Virus record (IMG/VR): IMGVR_UViG_3300012344_000001
Coordinates: 43,955-107,954 of that record
Reading direction: 5' to 3' (one strand)
Source of the DNA: a virus
Taxonomy: Duplodnaviria; Caudoviricetes
Length of the DNA: 64,000 bases
Below are positions 1 through 9,688 of the stretch, in pieces. Both the position numbers and the translations under genes were made by a program. The notes beneath the pieces are model-generated. The model saw only the letters and a list, made by a program, of their open reading frames with translations, searched no databases and was not told the DNA's origin. Each line of letters opens with the position of its first letter. The stretch's first letter is position 1.

Positions 1-602
1 ATGCCCCACTTCTTTTCAAGCGCGGACATCTTCTTGTTGTATGCCTGTTCAATAACTTCCGTCACGGGCTTGTCGGTCGTCTTATCTTCATAGCCTTCGG
101 GACGGTCATTCTTGTAAACATCAAACGTTAAGTCTGCTTCTTCGTTGGTGCGATAGACACCTTGCAGGATTGTAAGATACTTACCAAACAGCGAAGTCTT
201 CGTATTGACAGCAATCTTATCAATGTCACTTTCGGTTTCTTCTTCTTCAACACCGTTGATTGCGTTTACAGTCGCTTGCATACCATTCTTTTCAAGCGCC
301 TTCATCAGCATACTATATGCCTTACTGTCGTAGCGGTAGTTCAAGCAGCGACACACTTCATAGATTGCAATATCAATGCGACCGTGCATCTGATAGAAGT
401 AATTAAATAGGTATGTGCAACAGTCGATACACACGCTAAGGCGTCCCGACGTGTCTAAGAAATCGTAGCTTTTGTAAAACCGCCTAATATCCTTTTCGTT
501 CGTGCAATAACGGCACTTTGCCTTTCGGATATCGCGGTCTTTTGTTTTTGCTTCGGCGATGGTCAGCGGTGCCGACCTGTCCATAGCCTTGGTCTTTCTC
601 AT
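1..602 (-). CDS. Cys-rich phage protein, 3' end outside the window; resembles proteins found upstream of the terminase in SPbeta-like phages
   Basis: Not in ORF track. I translate MRKTKAMDRS...CRYC...FYKSYDFLDTSGRLSVCIDCC...KKWG from ATG 602 with SD GGAAGGTGG; frame is open to the window edge. Confidence 0.6.
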   Translation of the reverse strand, partial: MRKTKAMDRSAPLTIAEAKTKDRDIRKAKCRYCTNEKDIRRFYKSYDFLDTSGRLSVCIDCCTYLFNYFYQMHGRIDIAIYEVCRCLNYRYDSKAYSMLMKALEKNGMQATVNAINGVEEEETESDIDKIAVNTKTSLFGKYLTILQGVYRTNEEADLTFDVYKNDRPEGYEDKTTDKPVTEVIEQAYNKKMSALEKKWG

Positions 603-624
603 GCGACCACCTTCCCAAAATAGT

Positions 625-648
625 AAAAGCCACCCGAAGGTGGCTTTC
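625..648 (-). terminator. Intrinsic terminator hairpin
   Basis: aaaagccacc-cgaa-ggtggctttc hairpin with a T-run on the minus strand, just after the 657..1856 gene. Confidence 0.65.
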
Positions 649-656
649 GTCTAAAA

Positions 657-1856
657 TTAAGTCAAATCAATAAAGTATTCAGCCGTCTTACCATGACCGG
701 GCGTAAGTTCAATAATCATAGCACCCGGGTTAGACCCCTTACTAAGCGACATGGCAAAATCGTCAATACCAATAATAGAAGGACATCTGGAAACAAACTT
801 CTTTACACCAACGTCTTCGCTATAGTGGTGATGAAGGTGTGCTGCAACAACACCGTCAACGGCAACGCCATACATATTAGAAAGGTCTTTGATAGCCTTT
901 TCCATATCCTTCATTTCGCCATGAACACCAAGGATATTATATCCAGCGATATTATCGAAGATGTTGCCGGACGGGTTTTCAATCAGTTCAAAGTTAGGAT
1001 TATACTTCATGCGCGCCTTAATATAGGCAATCACAATCTTAGACATGTTTTCGTCTTTGAACGTGCCGCGCGGCTGATTAAACATACGAAGTTCGGAATG
1101 ATTGCCAGCAACCATGTGGTAACGAACATTCACAACAGACGTAAGTTCGTTAAGCCATTCACTGATGAACTCCATATACTTAACAGTGCCGTCAACAACA
1201 CCATATCGAAGCTTTGTCAACTGACCAATACGAAGGACGCCATCGGTAAAGTCGCCCATCGAAAACACGTGAAGCGTTCCAATATCGTGTTCATGACAAA
1301 ACTGCTTAACATAATCAAGAAGCTTTGCCATGCGTTCTGCGAAAATTTCGGGGCTGTAGGCATTGATGATTTCGCCCATTAACCCCTTGATTTCAAATTC
1401 CGATCCAAAATGGTCGTCCCCCGCCACAAGGATATATTCCTTGTTACCGTTTCGTCCATCATAAGCGACTTCGGGGATGGGAAGCGGCTCAAGATTTTCA
1501 ATCGCGCCAAGAAGCTTTTCGACAATCAGTTCGTCACGAGCATTTTCGCGAAGCCAACTGTTGTACTCCATCTTTTCGGTCTGAAGACGAATACGTTCCT
1601 TCTTCAGTTCATTGCTTGCGACACGAATGCTTTCAAGCTGTTCCTGTCCGTCAATAAGCTTTGCGCGGTTTGCTTCAAACAGCTTCTTAAAGGAAGTGTA
1701 GTCTTTACGATACTTACTTTCGGTATATTCATAATTAAGTTCTTTGTTCAGAAGCTTTGCGACTTCATCCCAAGAACCAATCAGGTCTTTGTTCTCGCAG
1801 ATTCTAAAAATGTATTCAACCTCGCCTTCAGCGGGGTTTCTATGGAAGTTAGGCAT
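657..1856 (-). CDS. Calcineurin-like metallophosphoesterase with N-terminal coiled coil
   Basis: Motifs GDDHFG, MGDFTDG, AGNHSE, VHG, AHLHH. Confidence 0.8.
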   Translation of the reverse strand: MPNFHRNPAEGEVEYIFRICENKDLIGSWDEVAKLLNKELNYEYTESKYRKDYTSFKKLFEANRAKLIDGQEQLESIRVASNELKKERIRLQTEKMEYNSWLRENARDELIVEKLLGAIENLEPLPIPEVAYDGRNGNKEYILVAGDDHFGSEFEIKGLMGEIINAYSPEIFAERMAKLLDYVKQFCHEHDIGTLHVFSMGDFTDGVLRIGQLTKLRYGVVDGTVKYMEFISEWLNELTSVVNVRYHMVAGNHSELRMFNQPRGTFKDENMSKIVIAYIKARMKYNPNFELIENPSGNIFDNIAGYNILGVHGEMKDMEKAIKDLSNMYGVAVDGVVAAHLHHHYSEDVGVKKFVSRCPSIIGIDDFAMSLSKGSNPGAMIIELTPGHGKTAEYFIDLT

Positions 1857-2637
1857 TTTCGTCTTCCTCCGGTTCTAAAATTTCTTCGTCAGAATCATTT
1901 GTGGTCTTGTCATGGAACCAGTTTCCATACCCAGCTTCACGCAACTTCTTCCCAAAGAAGTGACCCATAGTCGGGTATTCTTCATTCGGATAAATTCCAT
2001 CTTCAACACCCTTGCGGTATTCGTTTGCAAGGGCACCCTTCTTCATCATGAACCGACGACGTTCAAGAATATCAGGGTGAAAGTTTTCGCGGAACCACCG
2101 CACTTTCTTAAAGCGACTACCTTCTGGATAGATGATTGTATTGTCGTCACGCACAACCATACTTTTACCAAGCTGTGCCGTTTCCTTTGCGGCGGCGTTA
2201 GAAGAATTGATAAGGTCTTCCAGTGTCTTTTCGCCATTCGACATGTACGGCGTGACAGATTCAACAAATCCTTCCGGAACAACTGTGTCCACGCCATAGT
2301 ACAGCATGTGCCAAGGCTTTTCGAAGTCAATCATTGGCTTGAAATAGCCGAACTGCCAAATTTCTTCATCTTGGACATAGCGCGGAAAGTCAAGTCGCTG
2401 CCACTTGCTACGAATGTTTACGCCATTGAAGTCAACAGTCTTTCTTTGTAAAAGCTGTGCATAGATTGCAGGCCCAACTTCTTCAAGCACTTCCTTGACG
2501 TCCCACACACGAAACTTCGTCTTTCTTGCAATCATTAGCGAAAGGTCATATATGCCAACCGACTTAGCAATCGGTTCGTTAGACGACGGTTTGGGCTTTC
2601 GCAAATAACTAAAATATTCGCGCTTAGATACGCGCAT
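1849..2637 (-). CDS. Protein with N-terminal HU/IHF-like DNA-binding domain
   Basis: DLSLMIARKTKFRVWDVKEVLEEVGPAIYAQLLQRKTVDFNG matches the HU helix pattern; coupled to the next gene. Confidence 0.5.
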   Translation of the reverse strand: MRVSKREYFSYLRKPKPSSNEPIAKSVGIYDLSLMIARKTKFRVWDVKEVLEEVGPAIYAQLLQRKTVDFNGVNIRSKWQRLDFPRYVQDEEIWQFGYFKPMIDFEKPWHMLYYGVDTVVPEGFVESVTPYMSNGEKTLEDLINSSNAAAKETAQLGKSMVVRDDNTIIYPEGSRFKKVRWFRENFHPDILERRRFMMKKGALANEYRKGVEDGIYPNEEYPTMGHFFGKKLREAGYGNWFHDKTTNDSDEEILEPEEDENA

Positions 2638-2658
2638 TCAATCACCCACTTCTAAAAA

Positions 2659-3270
2659 TCAACCAAAGATATCGTGATACAACTTGTCGAAATCTTCGTT
2701 CCGTTCAATAACATAATCACCCGTGTTCGAAAGTTCGTATGTGATACGAAGATGTGCGAACCTTCCGTCGGCGGTGTTCTTTGCGTAGTCCTTGTCCTTG
2801 TCGGTCTTTTCGATGAAACCGAAACTAAGCAACTCCTTCAAATGTCGCGAATACAGATGCGAACGGTCAATACCAAGCCATTCAGCAACCATCGGAAGCC
2901 GAATTCTAAAATTGCCGTCGTGGTCTGCGTGAATCTTGGCGTAGATTAGAAGAAACAATGCAAGCCGTCTTGACCGGATGTAGTCAGCAGCATACTTGAT
3001 TCGTTCAATGTCTTCGTTGTTGATTCGAACACAGAAGTTCCGCTTCATTTTGCCGCGTTTGTCATAAGCGTTCATAATCGTCAAGTTGTAATTAGCAAAC
3101 TTGTAACCAAGTTCGTTCAACCAGTTCGCAACAAAGTCTTTCGCATAGTGCGCCGATTTGCCTTCTTCTTTAAGGTATCGGGCAATCTTGAAGATGTATT
3201 CATCAAGACAATATTTGGTAACCTTTCGCCCAGCGATGTATTCTTGAACTTCTTCAAATTCGTTAAACAA
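2659..3270 (-). CDS. Hypothetical protein, possible C-terminal winged HTH
   Basis: 203-aa ORF; LPMVAEWLGIDRSHLYSRHLKELLSFGFIE is HTH-like. Confidence 0.5.
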   Translation of the reverse strand: MFNEFEEVQEYIAGRKVTKYCLDEYIFKIARYLKEEGKSAHYAKDFVANWLNELGYKFANYNLTIMNAYDKRGKMKRNFCVRINNEDIERIKYAADYIRSRRLALFLLIYAKIHADHDGNFRIRLPMVAEWLGIDRSHLYSRHLKELLSFGFIEKTDKDKDYAKNTADGRFAHLRITYELSNTGDYVIERNEDFDKLYHDIFG

Positions 3271-3374
3271 TAAAAGCCGTCCTTTCAGTGGGCGAAAAAT
3301 GGCACCTTTTGGTCGTCCTACTTTTGCAGTATCTATAAAGTATTATATTCAATTATATCTGACGGCGGTTGGCA

Positions 3375-5906
3375 TTATTCACCAACCGCTTCGCCAGTAT
3401 AACTAATCATACTATACCGCTTACCAAGGTAGGCATATTCGCCAGTCGGATTTTTTACAGGCAGTGCAATTTCCACCTGTTTGATATTTTCAAGTACGCC
3501 TTCAGAAGCACACGACCAAATGAACTTCTTGCCGCGCTTCGGATACTTTTCGTAGCACAGCTTAACAGCAATGTTCGCAAGTTCCTTTTTGTCTGGACAA
3601 AGCTTCAAGCATTCATTCCTATACTTCGAATACACGGAATCCCAGTTCACATAGTAGTTCATCGCCGATTCCTTATCCCATGCCTTCAGTTCGTCTTTGA
3701 ATTCATCGTAGCGATGAAGCTTGTTTTCGAATGTGACAAGGTACTTCATTTCCTTGTTGAAGTCCTTATACACGCCTTCGATTGCTTCGAAGTGTTCAGG
3801 CGAAACTTCTACGCTGTCATCAACCATGATTGTGTAGTCAAAAGCATCAGCGCGTTTCCACTTGATTTCACGGTCGTGGAACTTTTCAATCATGAACGCA
3901 AGCTGATTCATGTTACTACGGGCGCGGCTAAAGCGATATGTGCTTTTAGTGCGTTCCATTGATTCAAATAGCCTATTGTAGTATTCACCAACATACCGCA
4001 TGAAGTATGGATACGGTTTTGAATACTTAGCAATCTCGAACGGAATCTGCATGATATACCCAGTCTTCGCGAAGTCGATTGCGAACGAATTAACGATTGA
4101 AAGAATGTCGACGTAGGTTTCGTATCGCTTCTGTTGTGTTTCCTTCTTCGTGATTTTGTTGTGATAGCACGTTGCCGCATTTGAATCTTCGCCAATCAGC
4201 GAAACAAGTGTCCGTTCAACGAGGCTTGCAATGTTTTCGATTGTGATATCTTCTGCAAGCGCAGTAAGCTTTTCGTCGAGATTAAGGACGATTGCACAAT
4301 CCTTGTCAGCGCCTTCAAGAAATAGTGGTTCGTCCATCAGCAGAACCAAATCTCCGTCATAGTCAGCTCCGTTCATTCGCTGTGGACTTGGGCTTTTGCC
4401 ATTAAGCATACAAGTGTTCACCAAGTGACCACAATATCGTTCAAGTTCTTCTGTGTTTTTTGCCTTCAGAATAAGATGTTCGCTTTTGCAAATGTGCGGA
4501 TTTCGTTCAATCGCGTGTTCGCCTTCATAGCCCCTTGCCCAAAATTCATCGGCTTCAAGCGCGCCCTTTGGATTCTTGTCTCCACCAATCCATTCAAGCA
4601 TCATGATGATGTCTGGAATCAAAAACTTGTAGCAAGCGCGAAGATAAATCTTGCCACACTTCATGCTGTCAATGTACTTCTTAACTTGACGCTTCAAGAA
4701 GTCGCGGACACTTTGTTCCTTCATCATTTCAGGATTCTTCATAATGGCGCGCGCATAATTATTAAGCGGCTTAGGATTGTCATTCGCCAAACCAAGGAAG
4801 CAATACGTGTAGAACGTGTCGCCATTAACAATCTTTTCAGCCCAGTTCATCGACTTAGACGCAAGCTTTTGGAATTCTTCGAAGGGCAAATCGAGGTCTT
4901 GCAGAATCTGATAGTTGCCGCGCGTATACACCGGTTCCTGTTCTTCTGTGAAATTCCACTTTGCAACGCCCCAGCAGTGTCCATACTTCTGGAACTTGCT
5001 CCAGTAGTTGTCCCAATCTTGGTATGTGCCAGTCTGTTTGAAATACTTGAAACCCTTGTACATACTGACCGTCAGCACAATCATTGGTTCGTCAACGGAA
5101 TGCCACTTTCCCCAGACGTCTTGAATGAATTCAATGTCGTGGTCGTGATAGTATGTCGTGTAGTCAATTTCGCAGACAAGCCCCTTGATGAACGGAGCGC
5201 GTAGCATCATCGTTGTCGGACGTTCTTCCATTCCAATGCGGTCGCGAACTTCATCAACAAGCGCGGGGTGTATGAAGCCGTGTCCGTCAAAAACATTGAT
5301 TGGAACGTCTTTATACCCTTCTTCAATGCCGTGTGTCTTCCAAACGCGCTTTTCGCCAGTTTCCTTGTCGGCGTATTCGCGTTCTTCTTCCACCAACCAA
5401 CGAAGTTTCTGGTGCGGCACCACCGTTTCGTAGTCGGGCACGACGATTGTTTTGGGATACCACCCGTCAAGACAATGACACGAACTAAACATAAGACCGC
5501 GATACGCGCACCACTTCGAAAGGACTGTCTTTTTCATTTCCAAGTCCATGGTGATATGCCTGTCGACTTCTTCAGCAACAGAAGCATCAATGAAACCAAG
5601 GATTGCGTTTCTTGTCATGCTGGCGCTTCGTTCGCTCATGACAAACTTCACGCCGTTAAGCATGAAGCCGTCAATGACCATGTGTTTGATTTCTTCCTTC
5701 TTGCTTTTAGAACCGTTACAGTCGATAAACACAATATATGGCACGAAGATACCGATTCTTCCGGTAATGTTTCGCAAAAGGCGAAACATCATGTTGTCAC
5801 CCTGCGAAACGGTATAGTCGGCGTTATTTATGCGCGCGTCATAACCACTGTTGATTATTACGCTTGCGGGCAGCTTTCTGACTTTGTAGAGCTTTGGTGC
5901 GAACAA
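3375..5906 (-). CDS. YonO-like single-subunit DNA-dependent RNA polymerase (two-barrel, RdRP-like)
   Basis: 843 aa; RSASMTRN, FDGHG, RAPFIKG, ERNPH and catalytic GADYDGD motifs. Confidence 0.85.
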   Translation of the reverse strand: MFAPKLYKVRKLPASVIINSGYDARINNADYTVSQGDNMMFRLLRNITGRIGIFVPYIVFIDCNGSKSKKEEIKHMVIDGFMLNGVKFVMSERSASMTRNAILGFIDASVAEEVDRHITMDLEMKKTVLSKWCAYRGLMFSSCHCLDGWYPKTIVVPDYETVVPHQKLRWLVEEEREYADKETGEKRVWKTHGIEEGYKDVPINVFDGHGFIHPALVDEVRDRIGMEERPTTMMLRAPFIKGLVCEIDYTTYYHDHDIEFIQDVWGKWHSVDEPMIVLTVSMYKGFKYFKQTGTYQDWDNYWSKFQKYGHCWGVAKWNFTEEQEPVYTRGNYQILQDLDLPFEEFQKLASKSMNWAEKIVNGDTFYTYCFLGLANDNPKPLNNYARAIMKNPEMMKEQSVRDFLKRQVKKYIDSMKCGKIYLRACYKFLIPDIIMMLEWIGGDKNPKGALEADEFWARGYEGEHAIERNPHICKSEHLILKAKNTEELERYCGHLVNTCMLNGKSPSPQRMNGADYDGDLVLLMDEPLFLEGADKDCAIVLNLDEKLTALAEDITIENIASLVERTLVSLIGEDSNAATCYHNKITKKETQQKRYETYVDILSIVNSFAIDFAKTGYIMQIPFEIAKYSKPYPYFMRYVGEYYNRLFESMERTKSTYRFSRARSNMNQLAFMIEKFHDREIKWKRADAFDYTIMVDDSVEVSPEHFEAIEGVYKDFNKEMKYLVTFENKLHRYDEFKDELKAWDKESAMNYYVNWDSVYSKYRNECLKLCPDKKELANIAVKLCYEKYPKRGKKFIWSCASEGVLENIKQVEIALPVKNPTGEYAYLGKRYSMISYTGEAVGE

Positions 5907-6283
5907 TCAACCACATCCTTAACGCATCTAAGAATTTCGGTAACAGCGGGCCAAACGTCTTCGCCTTCATTTTCAACAGTGAAGTCCACATGGATTGAAT
6001 CATACTTCTGCGCTTCTGTCATAATTTCAGCAAAAACGGCTTTTTCATCCATGCCAGAATCAATGCAATGTCTGAACCGCTTATACGTTCCACGCGAAAC
6101 AAAAAACGAAACGAAGTCCATATCCTTGTCCGTCTGCATCTTTCGCAAGCCATACGGGCTTGAAACAAATACCTTTAGGTCGTTCGCGTCACCATCTGCC
6201 GCTTCATAGCGAAAGTAGTCCATCAGCCGCTTTGCGATGTCGTCCACGCCACTTCCGATTTTACCAATAAGAACAATGTTCAA
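5858..6283 (-). CDS. Guanylate-kinase-like protein
   Basis: IVLIGKIGSGVD degenerate P-loop, SPYGLRKM, DFTVEN. Confidence 0.55.
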   Translation of the reverse strand: MNIVLIGKIGSGVDDIAKRLMDYFRYEAADGDANDLKVFVSSPYGLRKMQTDKDMDFVSFFVSRGTYKRFRHCIDSGMDEKAVFAEIMTEAQKYDSIHVDFTVENEGEDVWPAVTEILRCVKDVVDCSHQSSTKSESCPQA

Positions 6284-6850
6284 TTAACCACGACCTTCCA
6301 AATACTTCTGAATTTCACGACCGAACGCATCAGACTTGTTATAGTGACAGGACTTGTCACATTCGGGACAGATGCCACCGCGATAAACGCATTCACGAAC
6401 GCAGCAACTTGCAAGATTATGGTCAACAGCGTCAAGCGTTCTAATCACCTGCTTCCATACTTCGCGCGTTTCGGGATGCGCCATGTTGCAAAGCCGCTTT
6501 CGACTAACGTTAATGAGCGCCTGCGCATTAAGCACAATGTCCATGTTTACAAGTGCGCCTTGCGGCAGTTCGTCACGCGGAATATCCGACTTATGCCTAT
6601 CGTCGCGCTGCGTGCTGACATACGGCGTATACCCTTCGTGGTGCCGCACAAGGTGCGTAGCTACCCAAGACTTAATTCCACGGATTTCGATAAGGAACGT
6701 CTTGGCACGAATTGGGGAATGTTCCTTGAAGTAAATGTCCTTCATAAACCTTTCGGAAGGAAGCTTTTCCGCGTCGTCTTTCCACACCGTTACCCGCGCC
6801 GTATTAAGAACAGCAGAATCATCTGTCAGCGGGAAAATCTGGATTATCAT
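6284..6850 (-). CDS. thyX: Flavin-dependent thymidylate synthase-like protein
   Basis: EHSPIR, HLVRH, STQR, RLCNMAHPETR motifs. Confidence 0.8.
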   Translation of the reverse strand: MIIQIFPLTDDSAVLNTARVTVWKDDAEKLPSERFMKDIYFKEHSPIRAKTFLIEIRGIKSWVATHLVRHHEGYTPYVSTQRDDRHKSDIPRDELPQGALVNMDIVLNAQALINVSRKRLCNMAHPETREVWKQVIRTLDAVDHNLASCCVRECVYRGGICPECDKSCHYNKSDAFGREIQKYLEGRG

Positions 6851-7403
6851 TAAACCACCTCAACAGTTCTTCAATTTCTTGCCACGTGTCAACTACATAA
6901 ATATCTGCACCAGCAGGAATCTTCTGCCATGTATGACTGTTGCCGTTCTTGAACAGAATCTTCACAGCGGCGTTCGTGTATAGAAGCGAATCAACCCTGT
7001 CGTCGATTTGGACTGCACCAGCCATATCAAATTCGCACTTATCACGACCGCTTTTCCTTCCGCCTTGCGTGTCAATGAATGCAATTCCATAGCCAAGCGC
7101 ACTTTCGGATATAAACTGCGCCTTCCTGCGAAGATTCTCAGAACAGCCGCAACTGCACACAGTCACATCGTGTCCGCGAAGAATGTCAACGGCGTCACGA
7201 AATAGAGCCACATTGTTCCAGAAGTAGTCACCTGCATAGACATCTTCTACCATCTTGGGTGTCATGTGCCGATAGACGGAGCGGTAGCACCAGTCATGGA
7301 CGTCATTCACGGTCTTGCTTAACCCGTACTTTTCGTTCAAATAGTTAACTACGGTCGCGCTCGACATGGCAAGCGTGTCGTCGAAATCAACGAAAATTTT
7401 CAA
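6819..7403 (-). CDS. HAD-family 5'(3')-deoxyribonucleotidase
   Basis: FVDFDDTL and QIDDRV HAD motifs; probable TTG start after SD GAAGGAAG. Confidence 0.75.
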   Translation of the reverse strand: MKIFVDFDDTLAMSSATVVNYLNEKYGLSKTVNDVHDWCYRSVYRHMTPKMVEDVYAGDYFWNNVALFRDAVDILRGHDVTVCSCGCSENLRRKAQFISESALGYGIAFIDTQGGRKSGRDKCEFDMAGAVQIDDRVDSLLYTNAAVKILFKNGNSHTWQKIPAGADIYVVDTWQEIEELLRWFNDNPDFPADR

Positions 7404-7430
7404 ATCATCACTTCCTTCATTGCAATCGTG

Positions 7431-7459
7431 ATTATACCACAAAATGCAGCATTTGTCAA
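7431..7459 (-). promoter_or_regulatory. Sigma-A type promoter, leftward
   Basis: TTGACA-17 nt-TATAAT with TG extension. Confidence 0.85.
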
Positions 7460-7470
7460 GCCCTTTTCGC

Positions 7471-7750
7471 AAATGTTCACAAAATGTTTACAATTACAAA
7501 TCGCGCAGAAAAGAAAGAAAAAAGAAACAAAGAAAACTGATGTTCCCCCCTATAACCCCCTTCTTAGTAAAGAAATAAATAAAAAAGAAAGAAAAGAATA
7601 TAACAGGGAATATTTATATACTTCGTTATTGTTCAAGAATAATAAATTATTCTTTCTCAATAACTTCGTATATAAATATATATTATATATTATAGCAAAC
7701 AGCAAACGATTTGTCAAGTCTTTCAAAATGTTCACAAAATGTTTACAATT
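7471..7750. repeat. Two direct copies of AAATGTTCACAAAATGTTTACAATT flanking an AT-rich spacer
   Basis: Copies at about 7471-7495 and 7726-7750. Confidence 0.85.
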
Positions 7751-7756
7751 TACCTA

Positions 7757-7785
7757 TTGACAAATCGAGAAAAATGTGTTATAAT
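7757..7785 (+). promoter_or_regulatory. Sigma-A type promoter, rightward
   Basis: TTGACA-17 nt-TATAAT with TG extension. Confidence 0.85.
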
Positions 7786-7800
7786 ACGCACATAAAGGTG

Positions 7801-8337
7801 GTGATAGAACTGAAAGTTATCGTGATTAGCGGAAAGGCTGGAAGCGGCAAAAACTTCGTTGCAGACGTGATGCGGCACAAACTTGAGGACGATGGGCATC
7901 ATGTTCTTACTGTTGCTTTTGGCGACTATGTTAAGTTCCTTTGTAAAACCTATTTCGACTGGAACGGCGAAAAGGATGAAAAGGGAAGAACGCTTCTACA
8001 GCACATTGGGACAGGTGTTTTTCGGCAGTATGACGAGGATTACTTTGCAAATCGCGTTGTAGACTTAATCAAGGCTGTGGATATCTGGGACTACGTTATC
8101 ATACCAGACTTGCGGTTTGAAAATGAACTTCATGTAATTCACAGCAACTTCGATGCTGTTGCCGTTCGTGTAGAACGCGAAGGTTTCGAGAACGGTCTTA
8201 CAGCTACACAGAAGTTGAATCAGTCAGAAACCGAACTTGATAATCATCCGGGCTTTGACTACACTATCAACACTAATGATGCTGCTGAAAAGAAGCGGCA
8301 AGCACTTATGATTCTGGAGGAAATTGTAAATGGCTAA
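7801..8337 (+). CDS. Deoxynucleoside monophosphate kinase
   Basis: ISGKAGSGKN P-loop, GRTLLQHIGT, IPDLRFENE, SETELD. Confidence 0.8.
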   Translation: MIELKVIVISGKAGSGKNFVADVMRHKLEDDGHHVLTVAFGDYVKFLCKTYFDWNGEKDEKGRTLLQHIGTGVFRQYDEDYFANRVVDLIKAVDIWDYVIIPDLRFENELHVIHSNFDAVAVRVEREGFENGLTATQKLNQSETELDNHPGFDYTINTNDAAEKKRQALMILEEIVNG

Positions 8338-8596
8338 TAAGAAAACAACTACTGCTGCTGTCGACGCGTCTCCCGAGATTGCGAACGACATTCCCACGCC
8401 GACCTATCACAAGGTAGAAGAAAAGATTCCTTCTAAGCTGTGGTACTGCGTGGAAGACGCTACTGGTATTGGAACTATGGCGCTGAATCTTCCTTCTGGC
8501 TGTCTGATTATGGCTGTTGTTGACAAGAACCAGCCGGCACTTCAGTACATTCCGGGAATCCACTACGATGAAACAAACAAGCGATTTTCCGTATAA
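8330..8596 (+). CDS. Hypothetical protein
   Basis: 88 aa, SD GGAGG, overlaps both neighbours. Confidence 0.6.
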   Translation: MANKKTTTAAVDASPEIANDIPTPTYHKVEEKIPSKLWYCVEDATGIGTMALNLPSGCLIMAVVDKNQPALQYIPGIHYDETNKRFSV

Positions 8597-9281
8597 CCCA
8601 TACGGACGACAAAAGGCTATCATTCTTGGCACTTCTGATGATGGACGCGTGTTACTGAAGGTAGACGACCTTTCACTTATTGACAAATGCAAATCGGTCT
8701 TCATATCACCAAACGACACGCGTCAAATCACAGCAAACCAACGAAGAATGGTATGGGCGTTAATCGGCTATATAGCGGAATGGCAGGGTGAATCTAAGGC
8801 ATCTGCAATGAAGACAATGGTTAATGAAGCCATGAAGTATGACTTCCTTTCGTTGGCAGGTGAAGATATCGGAGAATCATTCTCGTTGTCGAATGCGCCA
8901 ATGTCGCTTGTATGCGAGTATCAAAAGTTTTTAATTGACTTCATTATCGAAAACGACATTCAGACGGACAGACCGCTTTACGAATACGTTGATGACAACG
9001 ACCGCTACGTATACAGTTGCCTTGTGAAGCAACGCTGCTGCATCTGCGGGCTGAAGTCGGATTTACATCACTGCAACATTGACGGTTCGCGTGTAGGCAT
9101 GGGACGCGATAGAAGGGCGATTATACATGAAGGGCTGTCCGTTCTTCCACTTTGCCGCGAACACCACAACGAAATACATACCATGCCAGAAAACGAATTT
9201 TTCGCAAAATACCACATCAGTCCAATAAAGTTAGACAAAAATCTATGCAGGAGGTACGGTTTGCACACCTATGCTGAATGA
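8568..9281 (+). CDS. Putative HNH-type nuclease (DUF968-like C-terminus)
   Basis: CCICG...DLHH...VGMGRDR...PLCREHHNEIH. Confidence 0.7.
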   Translation: MKQTSDFPYNPYGRQKAIILGTSDDGRVLLKVDDLSLIDKCKSVFISPNDTRQITANQRRMVWALIGYIAEWQGESKASAMKTMVNEAMKYDFLSLAGEDIGESFSLSNAPMSLVCEYQKFLIDFIIENDIQTDRPLYEYVDDNDRYVYSCLVKQRCCICGLKSDLHHCNIDGSRVGMGRDRRAIIHEGLSVLPLCREHHNEIHTMPENEFFAKYHISPIKLDKNLCRRYGLHTYAE

Positions 9282-9478
9282 TGCACACTATCAGATTTTT
9301 TGACGACGGCGGCATCTTCTTAGAAGAATTCGCCTACAACAACGTGATTGTTCCACATCTTGGTTCCGACGTTGTTGTGAATGATATGCGATACTTCGTC
9401 ACAGATGTCCTTATTACTTACGAAGGAGACCAGCAGTGCGTTGACGTTACTGTTGAACGAATCAATGAATTGGATTAA
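9278..9478 (+). CDS. Hypothetical protein
   Basis: 66 aa, coupled to neighbours. Confidence 0.5.
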   Translation: MMHTIRFFDDGGIFLEEFAYNNVIVPHLGSDVVVNDMRYFVTDVLITYEGDQQCVDVTVERINELD

Positions 9479-9686
9479 AACCGAAGACCGCCTACCGAAT
9501 GAAGGCGAAAAGGTCTGCGTAATGACCTATGACGCAAACGGCTTCAATGCAACCTTTGTTGGCGGCAACTTTATTGCAGACGGCACCAACGAATCCGTCA
9601 AGCCAGACGGCGTGGCTTATTGGTGCGTTGGCGAAAACTTTAACGCGCAGATTAAGAAGAAGTGCGGAATGTGCGGGAGGATTTAA
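9465..9686 (+). CDS. DUF551-like protein
   Basis: MNWIKTEDRLPNEG...VAYW. Confidence 0.55.
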   Translation: MNWIKTEDRLPNEGEKVCVMTYDANGFNATFVGGNFIADGTNESVKPDGVAYWCVGENFNAQIKKKCGMCGRI

Positions 9687-9688
9687 CT

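Noticed and set aside
6086-6101. Second parS-like site CGTTCCACGCGAAACA
   Set aside because: Two mismatches to consensus and inside a coding region; could be chance.
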